Shown here piece by piece: positions 26,508 to 32,000 of a DNA stretch of 32,000 nucleotides. Position 1 is the first letter of the stretch; every line of letters begins with the position of its first letter. Source of the DNA: an uncultured Alphaproteobacteria bacterium. Its GTDB lineage: Bacteria > Pseudomonadota > Alphaproteobacteria > Rs-D84 > CACZYB01. The stretch covers positions 185,112 through 217,111 of the forward strand of contig CAKQHZ010000002.1 of the NCBI GenBank assembly GCA_934246625.1, written 5' to 3'. Under the pieces are notes generated by a model that worked only from the letters and a program-made list of their open reading frames with translations, had not been told where the DNA came from and searched no databases. A program made the translations under genes and the position numbers.

Positions 26508-27353
26508 ATGAATTGGCTTTATTCTATCATGGGGTTTGTATGTTTTTTAAGTGTTTTTTGGGGTGTTTGGAGTAGCAAATATTTCCTTTCTAGCCCTAAT
26601 TTCCAAGGAGTCGGTGGAATCCTTCCTCAAGATATGGCTTATATGATTTTTGCTGTGATTATTCCTATTATTTTATTGTTGTTTGTTGGGATATTTTTAT
26701 TTGTGGCGATTTCGAATCATACAAATAAAAATGTTTTGGTAAGTTTGCTTAATGGTAATAAATCACAAATGTCATCACTTCAAATCCTTTGTAAGTCATT
26801 GATAGAAGTAAGAAAACTTGGTTTTACGAATCAATTTTTTCTTAATTTGCCGATTGTTTTGAATGATATTAGTGTTTCTCTTGCTGGAATCATTTCAAAA
26901 ACGGGAATGGCTTCTGATATTGTGATTTTTGATGCTCTTAATAAAGAGGGGGATAATAGGCTTTATTCAATTTGTAAAATTATTTTGGATTTAAGGGAAA
27001 GCACTCCTCATTTTGATGAAAATTTACGTCGTAAGGTTAAAAAAGACGCTGTGATTGCTGGAAATATTGGAATTTTTTCTTCTAAATACAATAAATTATT
27101 AAAAGTCCTTAAAAATTATGATTTAGATGGCTTTATTTATTCTTTGATAGAAGAAGGTGAGCTTGGTAAAGTGCATAATATTCTTTCATCAGCAATTTAT
27201 TCATCTGAAATTCCTGTAAAATCAATGGAAATAGAAGAAAATATGGATAGTGTTTTTGAAGAGGTTGAGGAAAAGGAAGAAACAAGAGCAAAAGCAAATA
27301 AAATCAATCTTGAAGAGATTATGAAATTTGTTGATGAGGAAAGTGAAGAATAA
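26508..27353 (+). CDS. hypothetical two-TM membrane protein with an acidic C-terminal tail
   Basis: 281 aa with a strong RBS. Two N-terminal TM helices (SIMGFVCFLSVFWGVW; MIFAVIIPIILLLFVGIFLFVAI), a helical soluble domain of about 170 aa, and a Glu-rich tail (EEVEEKEE...DEESEE). No family recognised. Confidence 0.6.
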   Translation: MNWLYSIMGFVCFLSVFWGVWSSKYFLSSPNFQGVGGILPQDMAYMIFAVIIPIILLLFVGIFLFVAISNHTNKNVLVSLLNGNKSQMSSLQILCKSLIEVRKLGFTNQFFLNLPIVLNDISVSLAGIISKTGMASDIVIFDALNKEGDNRLYSICKIILDLRESTPHFDENLRRKVKKDAVIAGNIGIFSSKYNKLLKVLKNYDLDGFIYSLIEEGELGKVHNILSSAIYSSEIPVKSMEIEENMDSVFEEVEEKEETRAKANKINLEEIMKFVDEESEE

Positions 27354-27408
27354 ATTCTTTGTTTTTTAAACTTGCAACTACTTTATTTATATAGTAGCTT
27401 TCTTTATT

Positions 27409-28833
27409 ATGGAAAAACAAAATTTAAAAAATATTATTGATAAAGGTTTGGCTGAGTATAAGGCTGGATTTGACCCAAAAATTAAATCCGATGTGATTGA
27501 TAATATGGGATTGTCTGAAGATGTTATTAGGTATATAAGTAAAAAAAATAACGAATCAGATGTGGTTTTGAATTTCAGGCTTAAGGCTTATCATAAATGG
27601 AAGGAAATGATTGAACCTCATTGGGCATTGTTTGATTATGACCCTATCAATTATAATGATGTCTACTATTTTTCTCGTCCAAAGGTAGAAGATAAAGAAG
27701 TCGATGATAAGATTAAAAAAACTTATGATAAGTTAGGAATTCCTCTTTCTGAACAAAAAATGTTATTGGGACAGGCTGTTGATGCAGTTGTTGATAGTGT
27801 TTCAGTGAAAACAACTTATCGTGAGCAGTTGTCAGAGCTTGGCATTATATTTTGTTCTATAAGTGAGGCATTAAAAAATCATTTTGATTTGGTGTGGAAA
27901 TATTTTGCCTCTGTTGTGCCGATGGAAGATAATTTCTTTTCTGCTTTGAATTGTGCAGTGTTTAGTGATGGCACATTTGTTTATATTCCAAAAGGTGTAA
28001 AGTGTCCGATTGAACTTTCCAGTTATTTCAGACTTCAAACTGAAAAGTTGGGGCAATTTGAACGAACTTTGATTATTGCAGATGAAGGTAGTGAGCTTTC
28101 TTATTTGGAGGGGTGTTCGGCTCCTATTCGTGATAGTAATCAACTTCATAGTGGTGTTGTGGAATTGGTTGCACTTCGTGGGGCAAAGATAAAGTATTCG
28201 ACTGTGCAAAATTGGTATGCTGGTGATAAAAATGGAAATGGTGGTGTGTATAATTTTGTAACGAAGCGTGGTATGGCTTTTGATGATGCGGTTATTTCAT
28301 GGACTCAGCTGGAAGTTGGTGCTGTGAAAACTTGGAAATATCCATCTTGTATTTTAAAGGGTGATAGAAGTAAGGGCGAATTTTTTTCTGTGGCTATTAC
28401 AAATAATTATCAAATGGCGGATACTGGCACAAAAATGATTCATCTTGGTAAAAATACTTCAAGCACCATTTTATCAAAGGGAATTTCTTTGGGACATTCA
28501 AAAAATGGTTATAGAGGTATGGTAAAGATTGCAAAGGGTGCATTGGATTCAAAAAATTACACAAAGTGTGATAACCTTATTATTGGTGATACTGCTTATT
28601 CTTTGGCATTACCAGAAATTACAAACTCAAATATGTCTTCACAAGTAGAGCATGAGGCTTCGGTTTCTTCGATTAGTGATGAACAATTATTCTTTTTACA
28701 ATCTCGTGGGTTGACAGAGGAGCAGGCAACGGGTCTTATTGTGAATGGTTTTTGTGGTGATATTATTAAACATCTTCCTGCGGAATTTGCAATGGAAGCA
28801 AAGGAACTTATCAATATAAGTATAGAGGGTTAA
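27409..28833 (+). CDS. sufB: Fe-S cluster assembly scaffold protein SufB
   Basis: 474 aa. Typical SufB blocks (FERTLIIADEGSELSYLEGCSAP, KYSTVQNWY, HLGKNTSSTILSKGIS, EHEASVSSISDEQLFFLQSRGL). Confidence 0.95.
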   Translation: MEKQNLKNIIDKGLAEYKAGFDPKIKSDVIDNMGLSEDVIRYISKKNNESDVVLNFRLKAYHKWKEMIEPHWALFDYDPINYNDVYYFSRPKVEDKEVDDKIKKTYDKLGIPLSEQKMLLGQAVDAVVDSVSVKTTYREQLSELGIIFCSISEALKNHFDLVWKYFASVVPMEDNFFSALNCAVFSDGTFVYIPKGVKCPIELSSYFRLQTEKLGQFERTLIIADEGSELSYLEGCSAPIRDSNQLHSGVVELVALRGAKIKYSTVQNWYAGDKNGNGGVYNFVTKRGMAFDDAVISWTQLEVGAVKTWKYPSCILKGDRSKGEFFSVAITNNYQMADTGTKMIHLGKNTSSTILSKGISLGHSKNGYRGMVKIAKGALDSKNYTKCDNLIIGDTAYSLALPEITNSNMSSQVEHEASVSSISDEQLFFLQSRGLTEEQATGLIVNGFCGDIIKHLPAEFAMEAKELINISIEG

Positions 28834-28834
28834 A

Positions 28835-29569
28835 ATGTTGGAAATTAAAGATTTAAAAGTAAATGTTGATAATCAAGAAATTTTAAAGGGTGTTAATTTG
28901 GTTGTTGGGGCTTCTGAAACTCATATTATTATGGGGAAAAATGGAAGTGGTAAAAGTTCACTTTTAAATACTATTGTAAAAAATCCAAAGTATTTAGTTG
29001 TTGGTGGAAGTATTTGTTTTAATGGTGTTGATTTAAAGGATTTGTCCGTATCTGAAGTAGCAGATAAGGGAATTTTTTTAAGTTTTCAAAATCCACCTGC
29101 TATTTCTGGGCTATCTGTATCAACTTTGTTGAAATATTCTGTTAATAGTGTGAAACGTGCAAATGGTGAAAAGCCTTTGTCTGCACCTGAATTTTTTAAA
29201 AAGTCTTCTGAATATTGTGAATTGCTTGAAATTCCAAATAGCTGGCTTAAACGAGAAGTTAATGTTGGGTTCAGTGGTGGTGAAAAAAAACGACTTAGTA
29301 TGTTGGAAATGTTGTTTTTGGAACCAAAGTTGGCTTTGCTTGATGAACCTGATAGTGGTGTTGATGTTGATAGTGTGAATATAATTCTTAAAGCTATTAG
29401 GTATTTACAAGAAAAGGGAACTTCTTTTGTTGTTGTTTCTCATTATCCACAGCTTATTTCAAATATAAAACCTGAATTTGTGCATATTATGAAAGATGGG
29501 GTTGTTGTTAAAAATGGTGATTGTTCGCTTGCAGATTGGGTATTAAAAGAGGGGTTTGAAAATGTCTGA
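28835..29569 (+). CDS. sufC: Fe-S cluster assembly ATPase SufC
   Basis: 244 aa. Walker A GKNGSGKSS, signature FSGGEKKRLSMLEM, Walker B ALLDEPDSGVDVD, H-loop VVSHY. Confidence 0.95.
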   Translation: MLEIKDLKVNVDNQEILKGVNLVVGASETHIIMGKNGSGKSSLLNTIVKNPKYLVVGGSICFNGVDLKDLSVSEVADKGIFLSFQNPPAISGLSVSTLLKYSVNSVKRANGEKPLSAPEFFKKSSEYCELLEIPNSWLKREVNVGFSGGEKKRLSMLEMLFLEPKLALLDEPDSGVDVDSVNIILKAIRYLQEKGTSFVVVSHYPQLISNIKPEFVHIMKDGVVVKNGDCSLADWVLKEGFENV

Positions 29570-30854
29570 TGTGAAACTTAATATTGTTAATGGAAAAGTT
29601 TGTGATGTGCCGTTTATATCAGATTATAAATCCTTGTCTGATTTAGGTTTTTATCCATGGATAGTTGCCTTTAAAAGGAATGGAATAGAGCATTATAAAG
29701 AACGTTTTAATAATAAATCTGTGAAATCAGAGATAAGTTCTTTTGTATCTGGGAATAAATTTTTTATTGGTGAAGAGAGTATTTTGCCTTCACTTAAAAA
29801 CCTTATTAAATATAAAACTTTTGGTATAGAGGCATATACACTTGTCCTTATAAATGGAAAGTATGTTGCGGAAATTTCAGATGAAGATGATTTGCCATTT
29901 TCAGTGTATTCTGATGGGCTTTATAATTGTTTGATTGATAATCCAAACTTTTTAGAACACAGACTTATTGAAGGTGAAAATGTTTTTTCATCTCTTAATT
30001 CAGCATATTTGTATGATGGTTTGGTGTTAAAGGTGGCAAAGGGAGAACATCTTGACAAACCTATACACATAATTTCAATAAATATTTCTGATGATTTGGT
30101 TTGTTTTAATTGCCCAAGGATTTATATAGAATTAGAAGAAAATGCAAAGTTAGATTTGTTGGAATCTTCTTTGTCTTTTGATAATGATAAATTTTTTGAA
30201 AATCGAGTGTTGCAAGTTGAGCTTAAAAATGGTGCAGAGCTTAATCATTATAGGTTTTATAATAATTCTGTTAATTCTTTGTTTGTGGAAAATGATTTTA
30301 TTGAGTGTGGAGATATGGCAAAATATAATTCCTTTACATCATCTTTGAAATCAGGAATTGTTGAGGTTAACTATAATTTTAATATTTTAAATGGGTGTGA
30401 AGTTAATAGTTATACTTCGGTTTATTCGAATTCTGCTTCTGTGCAAGATTTTAAAGCAAATATTCATCATATTGGTTCAAATGCAAATTCAAATGTGGAT
30501 TTTGTTGGTGTAAGTGATGATGAAAGTAAGATTTTATTTAAAACAAATTTGAAAACTTCTAGGTTGCTTGAAAATATAAAAACGAATCAGTTATCAAAAA
30601 TTTTGCTTTTAAGTGAAAAGTCCGCTGGTCAAATTTTGCCATTCCAAAATATTGGGTCGGAAAATGTTTCTGCGTTTCATGGTGCAGTTGTAAGTGGTAT
30701 TAAAAAAAGTGATTTATTCTTTTTACAAACTCGAGGTATTGATGAATCTTTGGCACGTGAAATTATATATAAATCATTTTTATTGAGTGTGTTTTCAAAT
30801 GTGAAAAATAGTCTAGTTTTTGACGAATTTGTTAAATTTTATTGGGATAATTAA
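29556..30854 (+). CDS. sufD: Fe-S cluster assembly protein SufD
   Basis: 432 aa, overlapping sufC by 14 nt. SufB/D beta-helix region with C-terminal SAFHGAVVSGIKKSDLFFLQTRGIDESLAREII. Confidence 0.85.
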   Translation: MKMSDVKLNIVNGKVCDVPFISDYKSLSDLGFYPWIVAFKRNGIEHYKERFNNKSVKSEISSFVSGNKFFIGEESILPSLKNLIKYKTFGIEAYTLVLINGKYVAEISDEDDLPFSVYSDGLYNCLIDNPNFLEHRLIEGENVFSSLNSAYLYDGLVLKVAKGEHLDKPIHIISINISDDLVCFNCPRIYIELEENAKLDLLESSLSFDNDKFFENRVLQVELKNGAELNHYRFYNNSVNSLFVENDFIECGDMAKYNSFTSSLKSGIVEVNYNFNILNGCEVNSYTSVYSNSASVQDFKANIHHIGSNANSNVDFVGVSDDESKILFKTNLKTSRLLENIKTNQLSKILLLSEKSAGQILPFQNIGSENVSAFHGAVVSGIKKSDLFFLQTRGIDESLAREIIYKSFLLSVFSNVKNSLVFDEFVKFYWDN

Positions 30855-30918
30855 CTTCTTGATTCTTAATATTTTTTTATTATACTAAACTTATTATAAC
30901 TTATAATAATGGAGATTT

Positions 30919-31563
30919 ATGATGAAAAAATTTATGGCTTTGTTTATGACATTTTTTATGTTGTCATTTTCTGTGTTTGCAGATGACAGTGTTGCTGATG
31001 TTAAAGTTTATACACAAAATTTAATTGATGATGCGATTATAAAAATTTTTAATAAGAATAATAAAACTTCTGCTGAAAGAATTCCTCCATTTCGAAAGGT
31101 GTTAAATGCAAATTTTGATTTTGATTTTATTGCAAATTTCGTTTTGGGTGTTTATGGTCGTGGTATGACAAATTATGAAAAGGATAATTTTATTAAGGAA
31201 TTTGCCGAGCTTAATGTTTATACTTTTGTAAAAAAGTTTGCTGTGTATTCCGACCAACAAATAAAGGTTGTTGATGTGAAACAAGGTAAAAAAGAGGGAC
31301 AATATTTTGTTTCAAGTAAAGTTATTTCTTCAAACCCAAGTGATAAAGATTTTTCTGTGGATTGGCGTATTATGAAAGTTGGCGATACATACAAAGTTAT
31401 TGATGTTATTATTGAAGGTGTGTCTATGGCTATGAGTTATAAAAATGAGTATGCTCCTGTGTTAAAAACTGGTAAAGATGAAGGTAAATCACCAGTTGAG
31501 TATTTAACAAATAAGATTCAGGATAAAGTAATACAACTTAAACTTGAAGACACTTCAAAATAG
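30919..31563 (+). CDS. mlaC: phospholipid-binding periplasmic protein MlaC (Ttg2D/toluene-tolerance family)
   Basis: 214 aa. Signal peptide MMKKFMALFMTFFMLSFSVFA. Family block FDFDFIANFVLGVYGRGMTNYEKDNFIKEFAELNVYTF...DWRI...YKVIDVIIEGVSM. Confidence 0.8.
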   Translation: MMKKFMALFMTFFMLSFSVFADDSVADVKVYTQNLIDDAIIKIFNKNNKTSAERIPPFRKVLNANFDFDFIANFVLGVYGRGMTNYEKDNFIKEFAELNVYTFVKKFAVYSDQQIKVVDVKQGKKEGQYFVSSKVISSNPSDKDFSVDWRIMKVGDTYKVIDVIIEGVSMAMSYKNEYAPVLKTGKDEGKSPVEYLTNKIQDKVIQLKLEDTSK

Positions 31564-31585
31564 TTGAAAAAATAATTTAATTTGG

Positions 31586-31622
31586 AATACTTTCCTTTTA
31601 TTCTTTAGGAAAGTATTTTTTT
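31586..31622 (+). terminator. rho-independent terminator after mlaC
   Basis: Perfect 10-bp stem AATACTTTCC (31586-95)/GGAAAGTATT (31608-17) followed by a T-run to 31622. Confidence 0.8.
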
Positions 31623-31631
31623 GGAGGTATT

Positions 31632-32000
31632 ATGAGAAAGTTTTCTTATTTATTGTTATTATTTCTTTGTGCTTGTAATCAACTTTTGCATGTGAAAGTT
31701 TATAAAGATGATTTCGTGCCAGAAAGTAAAGTTTTTTCATTAACTGGAGATAAAAAGTATATGCCAGAGCTTCGTGAGGCATTGACTAATGCAGGATATA
31801 CAGTTTTAAAGAATAATCAAGTAAGGACTATTACCAAAAATTATAATGTTATTGAAGATGGTGATGTTGTAGAGGCAAAGGAAAAGTATTCAAATTATAC
31901 TTCACAATATATAATTGATATTGTAAGAGTTAAAAATGTTGATATATGTGCACTTAATCCTGCGGTTGATTATGTCGATATGGATATAGAAGTTTTTGAT
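31632..32000 (+). CDS. putative lipoprotein, 3' end beyond the window (not in the supplied ORF track)
   Basis: ATG at 31632 with GGAGG 4 nt upstream. I read 123 codons to the window end without a stop. N-terminus MRKFSYLLLLFLCACNQ looks like a lipoprotein signal with a lipobox-like LCAC. Confidence 0.6.
   Translation, partial: MRKFSYLLLLFLCACNQLLHVKVYKDDFVPESKVFSLTGDKKYMPELREALTNAGYTVLKNNQVRTITKNYNVIEDGDVVEAKEKYSNYTSQYIIDIVRVKNVDICALNPAVDYVDMDIEVFD

Noticed and set aside
27376-27400. Hairpin between the unknown membrane-protein gene and sufB, as a terminator or an iron/Fe-S regulator (IscR/RirA/Fur) site.
   Set aside because: It has only a 5-bp stem (CTACT/AGTAG) with a mismatch beyond, and I could recognise no Fur-box, IscR or TGA-N9-TCA type motif. 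This is too weak to call.

Overview
Strongly AT-rich 32-kb window from a diderm, LPS-making bacterium. All homology calls below are by eye; no search was run. The housekeeping proteins (Obg, LigA, FtsQ/FtsA, the DUF374-WaaA pair, long Ctc-type L25) look alphaproteobacteria-like, and the class III RNR plus its activase suggests an anaerobic lifestyle. About 31 protein genes are supportable: MscS (partial), DUF374, waaA, obg, a capsule-type glycosyltransferase, lptA/lptB, ligA, rsmE, ftsQ/ftsA, an ABC exporter, rpe, epmA, rplY, prmC, an arginase-family enzyme, trxB, nrdG/nrdD, sufBCD, mlaC and several hypotheticals. I found no rRNA, tRNA, CRISPR array, transposase or integrase. The least housekeeping-like part is the rpe-epmA interval (15.84-17.60 kb). 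It holds (a) a GC-enriched RNA of about 190 nt whose ends form a roughly 34-bp imperfect rod, behind a sigma70-like promoter, (b) two signal-peptide-bearing cysteine-rich proteins with EGF/TNFR/ephrin-receptor-like CxxCPxGTY and CxWxCxSGY modules, and (c) a second intergenic block of GC-rich stem-loops and a perfect 24-bp palindrome. Other notable points are listed here. NrdD is split, with its glycyl-radical loop on a separate 66-aa ORF that has its own strong SD. A T1SS-type ABC exporter has every catalytic NBD motif substituted and sits where ftsZ usually follows ftsA. A translationally coupled pair of paralogous secreted coiled-coil/small-residue-helix proteins lies downstream of lptAB. 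A tandem NrdR-box pair lies upstream of nrdD. Promoter and terminator calls are by-eye motif matches in an AT-rich background and are low to moderate confidence.
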